Origin: Gekko japonicus
Taxonomy: Eukaryota
DNA: 64,000 nucleotides
Reading direction: 5' to 3'
Assembly (NCBI RefSeq): GCF_001447785.1
Contig: NW_015177020.1
Location: 272,365-336,364 of the forward strand
The translations under genes and the position numbers were made by a program. Below the pieces are notes generated by a model that ran no database searches, was not told the origin of the DNA, and worked only from the letters and a program-made list of their open reading frames with translations. How positions within the stretch are numbered: the stretch's first letter is position 1; each line of letters starts with the position of its first letter. Shown here one piece after another: positions 47,367 to 60,439 of the stretch.

Positions 47367-49020
47367 GTAAAGATTTTCTCCCCCTGGGAAACAGTGGGTT
47401 GAATGGCGGGGTTTTAAGATCCGGCATGGACTGGAATATTAATGGAATGCGCCTGGGTTGCGCATTCAGCCTTTTTCATGACTTTTGCGACTGCTTTGCA
47501 TTTACATGGCGTTCTCTGCATCCTCTCCCCCCTCCCCTTACCCCCTATATATCTCTGGCCTGTTTCTTCATACCGTCCATGCCTCTGACGCAGAGAGCTG
47601 TGTTTCTCGAAAGCTTACGCTACAATAAAGTTTGTTAGTCTTAAAGGTGCTACTGGGCTTTTTACTATTTTGCAGTGACAGTCTAGCACGGCTAACGCCT
47701 CTGGAATGTTAAAGAACCCATAAGCGAGTTGAAGAACCCACTTGGAGTCCAGGGTCTGCTCAGCTCTGAAAGGGGCACTCCATGTAAGAACATTTATCAG
47801 GACCCAACACAATGGCACAGAACGGTGCACAAGCTTTCTAGCCCTCCAGAGTTCTCCATCAGGCCAGAAGTTACAAAATAAAAATAGAGGGGGGAACAGA
47901 TTTTAAGCCTGTTCATGAAAACTGGCTGTAACGATCTTCTTGTGACAGTATACGATGGAAACTCTCACAGGCAATAATGCTTCGGGTTCCAGTTCCTGCA
48001 AGCCAAGAGCCAACAAAACAAGATGATAGGGTTGCCAACCTCCAGGTGGTGGCTGGAGGTCTCCTGCTGTTACAACAGATCTCCTGGCCACAGAGATCAG
48101 TTCCCCTGGAGAAAAATGGCTGTTTTGGAAGGTGGATTCTATGGCATTATACCCCATCAAAGGCCCTCCCCCCCCCAAACTCCGCCCTCTTCAGGCTCCA
48201 CCCCCCAAATCTCCAGGTATTTCCGAACCTGGAACTGGCAACCCGAATTCTTCTGGAGCTGGAAATCTGTGATCTATGACTTAGGGCTGCCAGCAGTCCT
48301 GGAGGAAAATGGCCTCATCCCTTTAATAAAAGCTTAAGGGGATGTTATTGACCAGGGAGGTGTTGCCAGGGGGACATCTCCCCCTTGGCACCCACGGGCT
48401 CCCACGGCTGCTCCGTGGAGGAGCGGGAGTAAAATGGGGAGGGAACTGGCATCATGCTACTGCCAATAGAGTTTTGGGTGAATCCTAGAGCATCACCCCA
48501 ATGCAGTGACATCACTTCCGGAACTGCACCGGAAGTGACATTGTGGCATTGGTACAACACTGCGTGGCTCAGTGGCAGAGCATCTGCTTGGCATGCAGAA
48601 GGTCCTAGGTTCAATCCATGACATCTCCAGCTAAAAGGACCAGGGAGTAGGTAATGTGAAGGACCCCTGCCTGAGACCCTGGAGAGCCACTGCCTATCTG
48701 AGTAGAGAATAAAGACCTCGATGGACCTGTGGTCTGCTTCAGTATAAGGCGTGTTCATGTCTTCATGTCTTCAGACTCTTTTGTTGGTAGCCAGCACTTG
48801 GCTGGCAACCCTATTACCAGGTGATATGATTTACCCTCATGCCATGAAAAGCTTCAGCTGCCCATTTCCCATCCCCCAGGAGCAGCATTGGCAGGGGTTT
48901 CAGGCTGCAGTGTGTGGGGGGAAAGACGGGGAAGTCATGCTTCCACAGGTGGAAGGTCTTCCACCCTTGCAGGCAGGATCCAAACCACTGTGTGTAAACA
49001 GAGCACCCAAAAAAGACATG

Positions 49021-49805
49021 GGTCCCGGTCACACAGAGAATTTGCCGCGTGAGAGGCACAACTGCCGGGCGGATTAAAAGGGCATGATCTAGGCTTGCCA
49101 AGTCCCCCTGGGGAGCGGGGAAACCCCCGCCCCAGAGGCCCGTTCCCCGCCACCGCCGGATCGGGCCCTGGGGGGGGACTCCACCCCGACGTGCACATCA
49201 CCAGGAAGTGATGCGACCACGCCGGGCACGCTGGGTGCGGGGCCACGGTCATCCGAGGGAAAACTCTATGGTTTCCCCTCTGATGGTCGTGGCCCCGCCC
49301 CCAGCGTGCCCGGCGTGGTCGCGTCACTTCCTGGTGATGTGGATGTGGCGCACGCACGCGCTCCAGGATCGACCCGGGAGTCCCCCGCTTCAGGACGACG
49401 TAAGACTTGGCAACCCTAGCATGATCTTACAGCAACATCTGGCAAGCGTCACGTGCCCGTCTCCAACCCGTAGCGTCCAGCCGAAGATGTGGAGTTTAAA
49501 AGTAGCTGGGAAAGTGTAGTATTATCCGGAAAACATGGGGCGCGGGCGGGCGTCTGATCACAGAAGTGCTGGTATTCCTTCGCATCCGGCGCCCGTCCGC
49601 GTCCCACCAGATGTTTTCTTGTAAGCCTTCGTGGTATGTGCACAAACGCACATGTGCACAAATGCAGTACTGCTTGGCGGCTGATGGCCCGAGCATGGAG
49701 CCTCGGGGGAATGTTGGATCGTGATGCCGCACTTCATTTTGCTCCAGAGCAAAAGGCCTCAAACACACACACACACCGGATTATCTCGCTCGTGTGACCG
49801 GGGCC
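49021..49805. mobile_element. PIF/Harbinger-like element with a nested hAT MITE (49090-49418)
   Basis: Outer TIR with 3-bp TSD ATG; inner TAGGCTTGCC...GGCAACCCTA with the perfect TSD GCATGATC. Confidence 0.85.
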
Positions 49806-51334
49806 ATGGATTCCTTTTGTAAACTTCAGAAGCTGTGCTGGGAAGTAGGGTTAAAAATCTTCAGAGAAACAAAATGCACCTAAGAACATAAGAGAAGCCA
49901 TGTTGGATCAGGCCAAGGGCCCATCCAGTCCAACACTCTGTGTCACACAGTGGACAAAACCCAGGCGCTATCCAGAGGTCCACCAGTGGGGCCAGATTCC
50001 AGAAGCCCTCCCACTGTTGCCCCCCCAAGCACCAAGAATACAGAGCATCACTTGCCCCAGGCAGAGTATTCCATCTATGCATTGAGGCTAATAGCCACTC
50101 ATGGACCTCTGCTCCATACGTTTATAGCAGGAACTCCTTTGCGTATTAGGCGACGCCCCCCTAATGTAGCCAGTCCTCCAAGTAGCCCCTGTAAGAAGAG
50201 CTCTGTAAGCTCTTGGAGGATTGGCTACATTAGGGGCATGTCGCCTAATATGCAAAGGAGTTCCTGCTACAAAAAGAGCCCTGAATGGAGCCCACCCTCC
50301 AAAGCAACCATTTTCTGCGAGGGGACTGATGCCTGTTGTCTGGCGATCAGCTGTGATTCTGGGAGCTCTCCAGGCCTCACCTGGAGTAGGTTGGCAACCC
50401 TAAGCCCCACACTGGGCGCACAGGCCCCTCACGGTTCTCTCAGCCTCAGCTTTCTCATCTGATCATGCAAACCAAATTTATAGCTTTTGTTTTAAGGACT
50501 GCTGAACTTCCTTAAATCTTGCTGGGAAATTTTAAAGCAGTTGGTGAATTATTTACTTCCCTACATCTAACCCAAAATCTAAGAGGATCTGTGTTCTCAT
50601 TTCGTTGTTGTTGTTGTTTTTGAGGTTGTTCGTTTTTTCTTTTTCTTCTTTTTTTTAGCTCTGCTCTTCAGACAGCTCTGGCTGTTTCTGTTCCTGACGT
50701 TAAAAATAATACTCGACATTTTGATCGTGCTCGCACAGACTTCGGTGCCCCCGACAGACATTGATTCTGTATTCTTAGGAACAATCCAGTGACGTAGGTC
50801 ACTATTATTATCCCAGAGTTCCAAACGAGCCACTCTAGCTTGTCACCATGATCCTACAGCACACGGGAACGAACAACGGCCTGTCTGGCAAGAATAACCA
50901 AATCTGCATACCTCAGAGCCAATAGAAAACAGTCAGAGGCCTTTTCAAACATCTTAACAAATGCTTACAAACTTCCTCAGTTCCAAATTCAGGGCAGAAA
51001 ATTAAGTATACAACTCATTGTCGTGTGTTGTTAGCTTGTTAAATGCCAGTATTGTTTTAGGCTGTATCAATGGCTCATCTCCAACCGTCTACGGAGTTTG
51101 CCCGTGTTCCAGTCCATCCCCACAGCCCCTTTGGACCTTAGGAAAGATTATTCCTGGAACATTCCGTGACATCATGTCAGCTCAGCCAATCAGTGTTTCT
51201 CACCATGGCAAAGTGCAATACAACCCAGATATGTACATCAGATAATTTTAGGCAAAGTACATATGGGTTGGTACAATGCTTGCGTCACTCCCTGTAAGAA
51301 TTCCTGCTATTTCTTTCTCCTCGCTCGTTTAAAG

Positions 51335-51442
51335 AAAGAAGATGGCTTCGGTTCAGCTCTATACCCTACTTCCAAGTCTACGTGCTCCTGGCCATCTCTT
51401 ACCTGCTGATTCTCATTTACTTCATCGTTGGACTCTCCAAAG
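51335..51442 (+). CDS. Hepatic lectin-like gene 2, exon 2 (transmembrane, RRWLRFSSIPYFQVYVLLAISYLLILIYFIVGLSK)
   Basis: Homologous to 24312-24410 (YxLLAxSYLLI...LSK); phase 1-1. Confidence 0.88.
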
Positions 51443-51644
51443 GTATTTGCCTATTACACCCCCTCTCCTTTATCCAAAACATCACATACGTAAAGGAATG
51501 GACTCCTTTGTTTGGGATGGAGATTGGTATAGTGCTTAAGAGCGGCGGACTCTAATCTGGAGAACCAGGTTCGATTCCCCACTCCTCCACTCGAAGCCTG
51601 CTGGGTGACCTTGAGTCAGTCACAGTTCCCTCAGCCCCCAAAAT

Positions 51645-51648
<4 letters not shown>

Positions 51649-51710
<62 letters not shown>
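51649..51710. repeat. (AG)n microsatellite
   Basis: About 30 perfect units. Confidence 0.95.
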
Positions 51711-51713
<3 letters not shown>

Positions 51714-52859
51714 GTTTCAGGCTGCCAGGAAATCTTCTGATCTCCTGGCTATACTAAACCCATTGCCATACTAAAATTAATTGATTGATTGATTGATTAG
51801 CATTTTAAAGCCCCAACCTGGGTGGCTCAGGCTAGCCTGATCTTGTCAGATCTTGGAAGCTAAGCAGGGTCAGCCCTGGTTAAAATTTGGATGGGAGACC
51901 ACCAAGGAAAGTCCAGGGTCGCTACATGGATTAGGCAATGGAAAACCACCTCTGAATGTCTGTTGCCTTGAAAACCTTACAGGGGTCACCGTAAATCATC
52001 TGTAACTTAACTAGATGATACTTTCCGCCAACAACGGTTGAAAAAAACAACCAAGGGGAGACCTCTCAAACCACCTTTCTCCACCAGTCATGTATTGTGT
52101 GCTTAAAGAAGGACCGACATCACTCTTGGGGATTTGGGGAAAGGGCCAGTTGGATGCTGCAGTCACAGTGACTGGTGATCCAGAATGTTTTGTGGGCTGG
52201 ACTCCTGAAACTCATGCCCTGAGATGTAAACCCCAGGAGCCACGTGATATCAAGTTCTGTGACTGAAGATCCGAACATATTATCTCGACCTAAAAAGTGA
52301 CTTCAGGGGAGCCCAGCATAGACTGAGGCCAGAGGGCTTGGGAAATTCCAGGAGATTTGGAGGTATACGTGGGAAATATGGAAGGAGTTTGTGGAGGGAG
52401 GAGCTCAGTGGGGATGTGACAGCACTCTAGGAGTTTAGCTTCTCCTAGTTTCCGTGGTCTACCATAGAGTTCCCCCTCCAAAGCTGGCATTTCCTCCAGG
52501 GAAGTTGACTTATATCGTCTGGGAACCAGTCATAATCCCGGGAGAATCTGAGGCCCTATCTTGACTCAGGCATCCCTAGTGCTGTGGGAAAGCGGGTTAA
52601 CTCCCCTCAGCATTTTCCCAGTCAGAAACGCCTTCTCCCAGGTTTCTTTAAGCCTTAATGGGGGGGGGGGCAGGCCCAGCACAAATATTTGTCTTTTCTT
52701 CCCCTATCAGCCAGAGAGGGTATTTTGTACCAGGGAAACAGTGCCAGAGAAAGGGTTAAACTGCCCCCTCGTCCAGTGTCATCGATCAATGCGTACTGGG
52801 CTCTCCATTGCTGCTTTTAGGGCCCAATCACATATCAGTAGTTCCCGTTAGCCCTGACC

Positions 52860-53253
52860 CAGGGCTATTTTTGGGCAGGAACGCACAGGAACGGAGTTCC
52901 GGCTGGCTCCCAAGTTGGCCACGCCCAGCAGGAACTCATTAGCATAATAGGCCACACCCAACAGCAGGAACTCATTAGGATTGGCTACATTAGGGGGTGT
53001 GGCCTAACATGCAAAGAAGTTCCTGCTACAAAAAAAGCCCTGGGTTTTGACAATAAACAAGGTAAACAGAATAAGAAGCAAAAGGTGTGTGTGGCTGGAT
53101 GACCACACTTCTGGTAACACGGGGGTGCAGCCTAATATGCTAATGAGCTGTGCTGTCAGGGCGTGGCCTAATATGCTAATGAGTTTCTGCTGTTGGGTGT
53201 GGCCTATTATGCTAATGAGTTCCTGCTGGGCTTTTTCTACAAAAAGAGCCCTG
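52860..53253. mobile_element. hAT MITE (CAGGGCT family) at the 5' end of a 5S-derived SINE
   Basis: TIRs; flanks GCCCTGAC(C)/CCCCTGAC. Confidence 0.85.
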
Positions 53254-53618
53254 CCCCTGACCTGGATAGCGCAGGCTAGCCTGATCTCGTCAGATCTTGG
53301 AAACTAAGCAGGGGCAGCCCTGGTCAGTATTTGGATGGGAGACCACCAGGGAATACCAGGGTTGTGATGCAGAGGCAGGCAATGGCAAACTGAACCACCT
53401 CTGAACATCTCTTGCCTTGGAAACCCTATGGGGTCACCCAGAAGACAGCGGCAACGCGATGGCAAAAAAAAGGTTCCAGTCATGATACTCCAGTCTCATC
53501 TGTGATTTGGCCCTTCCTAGTAGAGTGGCAAAGTATTAAGGTTTGCCTTGGAGCGGCTTTGCAAATCGTGTCTCCACTGAAAGATTTTGACGCCCCTCTC
53601 TTTGTTTATGATTTTCAG

Positions 53619-53693
53619 TGTCGTCCCTTTCATCGGAACTGAGTGAACAGATCTCCCAGATTCCAGAGCTACCTGCTGGACTTGACGATCAGC
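53619..53693 (+). CDS. Hepatic lectin-like gene 2, exon 3 (neck, VSSLSSELSEQISQIPELPAGLDDQ)
   Basis: 75-nt phase 1-1 exon with TTTTCAG acceptor and GTAAGC donor; LSS motif shared with gene 1. Confidence 0.85.
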
Positions 53694-53877
53694 GTAAGCC
53701 TCTATATGCATCTCCAGGGCCTCCTGAAGTGCTCGGGGGGTGGTGCTTGGTGGCCCAGGTGTGCGGTGGCTGGTGGAGCGGAAGGCTAGTACTTGAACAG
53801 GAGACCACCAAGGAGATCCGGGGTTGCTATGCAGAGGCAGGCAATAGCAAACCACCTCCGAATGTCTCTGCCCTGAC

Positions 53878-54421
53878 CAGGGGTCGTTTCATTGAAAAAG
53901 AGGTGCAGGAGCTCATTAGCATAAAACATTAGCATAACCTATTTGCATATGCCATACCCCCTGATCTAAGAGATCTCTTAGATGCAAGCCCTGTCACTCT
54001 TGCCCTGAGCTCCTGCGGGCTTGGGTGGGCAGGCGGGCGGGCGGGGGAGGGGGGTGAGAAACGCGGCGGGGGAGGGGGTGGCCGGCCTCTGAAGGCCTTT
54101 CTCGGACCCTGCGCTCCAGCACTGGGCTGAGAAACGTGGCGGCGGGGGAGGGGGGTGGCCGGCCTCTGAAGGCCTTTCTCGGGACCTGCACTCCAGCACC
54201 AGACCAAGAAATGTGGCAGGGGAGGGGGGTGGCCGGCCTCTGAAGGCCTTTCTCAGGACCTGCGCTCCAGCGCCAGGCTGCAACTTACGTTCCTTCTGCC
54301 TCCTCGTGGCCTGACTAATGGCTGATGGGAACAGGGGGCGGGGCTTGGTCATGTGCCCACGCCCCCAGCTCTTCCCTCCCGGAGCGCCGCTCCGGTGGGC
54401 TCCAGGGCCAACTGACCCCTG
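53878..54421. mobile_element. hAT MITE (CAGGGGTC subfamily) with a 3x about 70-bp internal tandem repeat
   Basis: Perfect TSD GCCCTGAC; repeated GGTGGCCGGCCTCTGAAGGCCTTTCTC units. Confidence 0.88.
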
Positions 54422-54729
54422 GCCCTGACCTAGATGTCCCAGGCTAGCCTGATCTCATCAGCTCTCAGAAGCGAAGCAGGGTCAGCCCTGATTAGTACTG
54501 GGATGGGACGCCACCAAGGATGTCCAGGGTTGCTCCACAGAAGCAGGCAGCGGCAAGCCACCCCTGATTTTCTCTTGCTTTGAAAACTCCACGGGGTAGC
54601 CGATAAGTCAGCTAGCGACTTGATGGCACTTTCCACCCCCACCATGCCGGTGTTCTCCCCTCTGTCACTCTGCCCTACTGTAACATTCGGCTGGTCTCGT
54701 AGAAGCTTATTTGCTGGAGTATTCCAAAC

Positions 54730-55118
54730 CGAGCACCGAATAATAGATTCTTTTGAACTATGGTGCTGGAGAAGACTCTTGAGAGTCCCTTGGACTGCAA
54801 GAAGATCAAATCAGTCAATCCTAAAGGAAATCAACCCTGACTGTCCCCCGGAGGGCCAGATAATGAAACTGAAGCTCAAATACTTTGGCCACCAAATAAG
54901 AAGGGAGCACTCACTGGAGAAGACCCTGATGCTGGGAAAGATTGACGGTCAAAGAAGACGGGGACGGCAAAGGATGAGACGGTTAGACAGTGTCATCGAT
55001 GCAACGTACATGAAATTGAGCCAGCTTCAGAGGACGGCGGAAGACAGGAGGGCCTGGCGGGAGATGGTCCATGGGGTCGCAAAGAGTCGGACTTGACTGT
55101 GCGACTGAACAACAACAA
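54730..55118 (+). mobile_element. RTE/BovB LINE, 5'-truncated
   Basis: FELWCWRRLLRVPWTARRSNQS motif, (CAA)n tail, 9-bp TSD ATTCCAAAC. Confidence 0.93.
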
Positions 55119-55933
55119 ATTCCAAACACTTCTACTAGCTCAAGTTCTAGGGTTGCCAACCCCAGGTTGGGAAATTCTAGGAGATTTGGGGGTAGAGCCT
55201 GTGGAAGGTGGTCTTTGGGGAGGTGATGGACCTCAGCAGGGTACAATGCCCTACAGTCCACCTCCAAAACAACCATTTTCTCCAGGGGAACTGATCTCTG
55301 TACTCTGGATATCTGTAGTCTGGTCTTTGTTGCCTGCAGATCAGTTGTGATTCCCAGAGATCTCCAGGTACCACCTGGGGATTGGCAACCCTATGCTCAA
55401 CTGCCGCTTTCCACCCAATACACACTCACTGCCACCACTGAAACGGAGGTTGCTTCCTCAACAGAGGATTTTCTCTGTCTTCGCTTCCAAATTGGAGCAC
55501 TTTTTTGGCACTTTTGCACAACATTGTGCTCTGATTGATCTGTTTACTGGTTTTCACCATCCTCAAAAGTTAAACCACAAGCCAACAATGAGGCAAAATG
55601 GGGGGGGCAGTGTAATTCACTGTCCTATCATTAGCAGCCCCGCTCAGGTCTTGCAGACTGAGGTTTGTATTGAGGTTAACTGGTGTGTCCAGTCACCATT
55701 AGTTAGCAGAGTGCTTAAATAAATGCAGGAACATCACTTTTCCAGGTGACTCAGCTTACAAAGCTACACAGAGCCACGTTGCAAGTTTAAGAAGAGAAAT
55801 AACTTCTCTCTTTATTGGAGAAGTACACTTTGGATAGGAAAGAGCAGAGATTGATAGATTACCAGGGGTCATTTCCTGCGGGGACGCACAGGAGCGGAGC
55901 TCCGCCAGTAAAGAGCCCAGGGGGCGGGCACAT

Positions 55934-57369
55934 GCTGAGCTATTCAAAGTCTTAGAAGATGATGCTGTTAAAGTGCTGCACGCAATTTGCCAGCAAATTT
56001 GGAAAACGCAACAGTGGCCACAGGATTGGAAAAGGTCAGTATACATTCCAATCCCAAAGAAGGGCAATGCCAAGGAATGTTCAAACTATCGCACAATTGC
56101 ACTCATATCACATGCTAGCAAGGTCATGCTCAAGATCCTACAAGCTAGGCTTCAACAGTATGTGGATAGAGAACTGCCAGAAGTACAAGCTGGGTTTCGA
56201 AGAGGTAGAGGAACCAGAGATCAAATTGCCAACATTCGCTGGATTATGGAGAAAGCAAGAGAGTACCAGAAAAACATCTACTTCTGCTTCATTGACTGCT
56301 TTTGACTGTGTGGATCACAACAAACTATGGCAGGTCCTTAAAGAGATGGGAGTACCAGACCACCTCACATGTCTCTTGAGAAACCTGTATAAGGGCCAAG
56401 AAGCGACCGTTAGAACCGGTTATGGAACAACTGATTGGTTTAGCATAGGAAATGGAGTACGACAAGGATGTATATTGTCGCCTTGTTTATTTAATATATA
56501 TGCAGAGTGCATCATGCGAAATGCTGGCCTAGATGAATCACAAGCGGGAATTAAGATTGCTGGGGAAAAGATCAACAACCTCAGATATGCAGACGATACC
56601 ACTCTGATGGCAGAAAGTGAAGAGGACCTCAAGAGCCTCTTGCTCAGGGTAAAAGAGGAGAGCGCAAAAGTGGGCTTGAAGCTCAACATCCAAAAAACTA
56701 AGATCATGGCATCCGGCCCCATCACTCCTTGGCAAATAGAAGGGGAAGTCGTGGAAGTAGTGACAGACTTTACGTTCCTGGGATCCCAGATCACTGCAGA
56801 CTGTGACAGCAGCCATGAAATTAAAAGACGCCTGCTCCTTGGGAGGAAAGCGATGGCGAACCTAAACAGCATGATAAAAAGTAGAGACATCACCCTGCCA
56901 ACAAAAGTCCACATGGTCAAAGCAATGGTATTCCCAGTAGTCATGTATGGCTGCGAGAGTTGGATTATAAGGAAGGCCGAGTGCCGAAGAATAGATTCTT
57001 TTGAACTATGGTGCTGGAGAAGACTCTTGAGAGTCCCTTGGACTGCAAGAAGATCAAATCAGTCAATCCTAAAAGAAATCAACCCTGTCTGTTCCCTGGA
57101 AGGCCAGATAATGAAACTGAAGCTCAACTACTTTGGCCACCCAATGAGAAGGGAGCACTCACTGGAGAAGACCCTGATGCTGGGAAAGATTGAAGGTCAA
57201 AGAAGACGGGGACGGCAAAGGATGAGATGGTTAGACAGTGTCATAGATGCAACGAACATGAAATTGAGCCAACTTCAGAGGACGGCGGAAGACCGGAAGG
57301 CCTGGCGGGAGCTGGTCCATGGGGTCGCAAAGAGTCGGACTCGACTGTGCGACTGAACAACAACAACAA
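55934..57369 (+). mobile_element. RTE/BovB LINE, 5'-truncated, RT domain with one frameshift
   Basis: RT motifs GVRQGCILSP and LRYADD. ORFs 55973-56305 and 55959-57356 join at a short deletion near 56297; (CAA)n tail. Confidence 0.95.
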
Positions 57370-57892
57370 AGCTAAAGGATGGAAGCAGATGACGAGAGGC
57401 CCATCAGCCTCATGGTGCCAAGAGAGGACCGCATGTCCCTCTCTTGCTGTATGCAGGTAGAGAGCACGTCTTCATCCAGAGTGAGAGAAAAGGAGGAAGG
57501 GGAAATTGATCCCTGAGAACAGTCTGCATTTCAAAGAGGACAGTGGCAGGATACCAGGAAGAAAGGTCGGTGTGTGCCTGTCTAGCTATCTGCCCTCTCT
57601 TGCCACTCAGTCTGGAGGTCTGAGACAGGGGACAACACATCTGGAACTTCCAGAAGTCTGCGGCTTCTGTGACTGAGCCCATCAATCTCGTGTTGAGTCT
57701 TCCTCTTTTCCTGCCACCTTCGATTTTTCCTAGCATTATCGTCCTTTCCAGTGACTTTTGTATTCCCATGATGCGATCAAAGTCCGATAGCCTCAGTTTA
57801 GGCCTTTTAGATTCCAGGGAGAATTCAGGCTTGATTTGATCTTAGAACCCACTTATTTGTCTTTTGGGTGGACCTCAGACAACAGACTAGAG

Positions 57893-58233
57893 CAGAGGTA
57901 ATTTCGGGGGGGATCACGGGGGAACGCAGTTCCCCCGGGTGAGGTGCAAGGGGCGGGGCACATGACGAAGCCCTGCCCCCTGCTTCCGGCCGCCCCGCTT
58001 CCGGCCCTCATTCAGCCAGGAGGAGGCAGGAGAAGAGGGAGGGTAAGTTGCTTCTTCCCCGCCTCTCCCCACCCCTGCCTGCCTGGGGCCAGGGAGGGCC
58101 TTGGCGGGGCTTCCTCGCACTCCTGCTGGCCTTGCAGGTCCACCGCCAGGCCCCTGATGTCAGGGGGTGTGGCATATGCTAATGAGTTATGCTAATGAGT
58201 TCCCCTAGCTCTTTTTCTACGAAATGACCCCTG
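57893..58233. mobile_element. hAT MITE (CAGGGGTC subfamily)
   Basis: Perfect TSD GACTAGAG. Confidence 0.88.
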
Positions 58234-59510
58234 GACTAGAGCAAAACAAAAAAAATATGACAGGATATAAGAGACCTTTTCAGTCCTTTTCTGGCAAGAC
58301 AAACAAACCTTTTCCTGTCATTCTCTTGTGACTTTCTTCTTACAGTACCCTCTCAGGCAGAGATTTATATTTCTCCACTTTTCAAAACGCTTCCCCAGTT
58401 CATGCAAACTTGCCGCAAAGCTCTTCCCTGATTCTCTTTTCATACTGCTCCACCCGCCACCTAGTGGTCAATGGCAGCTAGTTCATTATTAGCACTGAAG
58501 GAAAATTTGTTGGATTGCGGTTCATGACCTGCTAGGAATCTAGACTGATCTTGTCAGATCTTGGAAGTTAAGCAGGGGCAGCCATGGTCAGTATTTGGAT
58601 GGGAGACCACCTGGGGGTGGGGGTGGGGGTGGAAAGTGCCACCAAGTCACAGCTGACATATGGCGACCAGTGTTCCCTCTAAGCTGGGTTAGTGTGAGCT
58701 AGCTCAGGAAGGAGGGCCCCAGAGCAAACTGATTCATGCAGCAGCCAAATCACTCGCTCACAACTTTAAGGCCAGTAGCTCACAAAGCAGAATTTTTGCT
58801 CACGAGACTCCACAGCTTAGAGGGAGCATTGCTTCCAATGCACTTTGGCAATCGTTTGCAAGTGGATTTTACTGTTTCACACCGTACAGACCCAGCTGCA
58901 TCGAAGGTGCAATGAAAGTCCAGCATTTGTGCAAGTGCCCTTAATTTGGCCTTGCTGGCATCTGTTATTTAGCCCAGAACATCAGGACTAATGTGCCCCT
59001 GATCCAACATAGAATATCTTTCCCCCTCATTCTTGAGAAACTACAGAAAGTTCCTCACACATCAGGAACTCAACAGAAGGCCTTCGAGATTATTAGAAGG
59101 TGTTTGCAGGGGTGCCCGGGCAAGCCAAGGGAAGGAATGGGGGTGTGGCCTGATATGATAATGAGCTGCATTGTCAGGGGTGTGGCATAATATGCTAATG
59201 AGTTTCTGCTGTTGGGTGTGGCCTATTATGTTAATGAGTTCCNNNNNNNNNNNNNNNNNNNNNNNNNNNNNNNNNNNNNNNNNNNNNNNNNNNNNNNNNN
59301 NNNNNNNNNNNNNNNNNNNNNNNNNNNNNNNNNNNNNNNNNNNNNNNNNNNNNNNNNNNNNNNNNNNNNNNNNNNNNNNNNNNNNNNNNNNNNNNNNNNN
59401 NNNNNNNNNNNNNNNNNNNNNNNNNNNNNNNNNNNNNNNNNNNNNNNNNNNNNNNNNNAACATGGTGACTGCATATGTCAGCAAGATTGTGGGTGGTAGA
59501 TGTTCCCATT

Positions 59511-59906
59511 CAGGGCTTTTTTGGTAGAAAAACCCCAGCAGGAAATCATTAGCATAACAGGCCACACCCAGCAGCAGAAACTCCTTAGCATATTAGGCCA
59601 CACCCTTGATAGCACAGCTCATTAGCATATTAGGCCGCACCCCCATGTTACCAGAGGTGTGGTCATCCAGCCACACCCACCTTCTGCTTCTTATTCTGTT
59701 TACCTTGTTTGTTGTCAAAACCCAGGGCTTTTTTTGTAGCAGGAACTCCTTTGCATGTTAGGCCACATACCCCTAATGTAGCCAACCCTAATGAGTTCCT
59801 GCTGTTGGGTGTGGCCTGTTATGCTAATGAGTTCCTGCTGGGTGTGGCCAACTTGGGAGCCAGCCGGAACTCCGTTCCTGTGTGTTCCTGCCCAAAAATA
59901 GCCCTG
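59511..59906. mobile_element. hAT MITE (CAGGGCT family)
   Basis: Collinear with 16626-17021. Confidence 0.85.
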
Positions 59907-60064
59907 TATCCCATTAGGTCTGGCTGGTGAGCTCCCAGTATGTAAGACTAAATCAGTGCCTGGAAACGTCTTATGTCTGTCCTGATGGCTTGTAGAACAG
60001 TGCAAAGGAAGTGACCTTGTGGTAGAGAGAAACTGGTATCTTCTGGGCTTCATTTTATTGGTGA

Positions 60065-60295
60065 AGGGCTGTGGCTCAATGGAAGAGCATCTGCTTGACA
60101 TGCAGAAGGTCCCAAGTTCAATCCCCAGCATCTCCAGTTAAAAGGAGCAGTGGTCCCTCCAGTCTCGTAGGTAATGTGAAAGATGCTGATCTTTGCCTGA
60201 AACCCTGGAGAGATGCTGCCAGTCAGAGTAGGCAGCACGGACCTTGGTGGACCAAGGGTCTGATCCAGTAGAAGGCAGTTTCATGTGTGTTCAAG
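60065..60295 (+). mobile_element. tRNA-derived SINE, second family (also 48563-48757 and a split copy at 42515-43320)
   Basis: A box GTGGCTCAATGG, B box AGTTCAATCCC, CTTCATGTG-type tail. Confidence 0.75.
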
Positions 60296-60439
60296 TGGCA
60301 GCTTCATGCAAGAAAGAAAGACGCATATTCCCCATCTGGAGAAAAGAATAACATTATTATGTAACTGAATAAGGTAATTCGAAATGTCCTGCCAGCAACC
60401 GTAATTTATCAGCCTTCCAGCTTTGTTACTTGGTGACTG

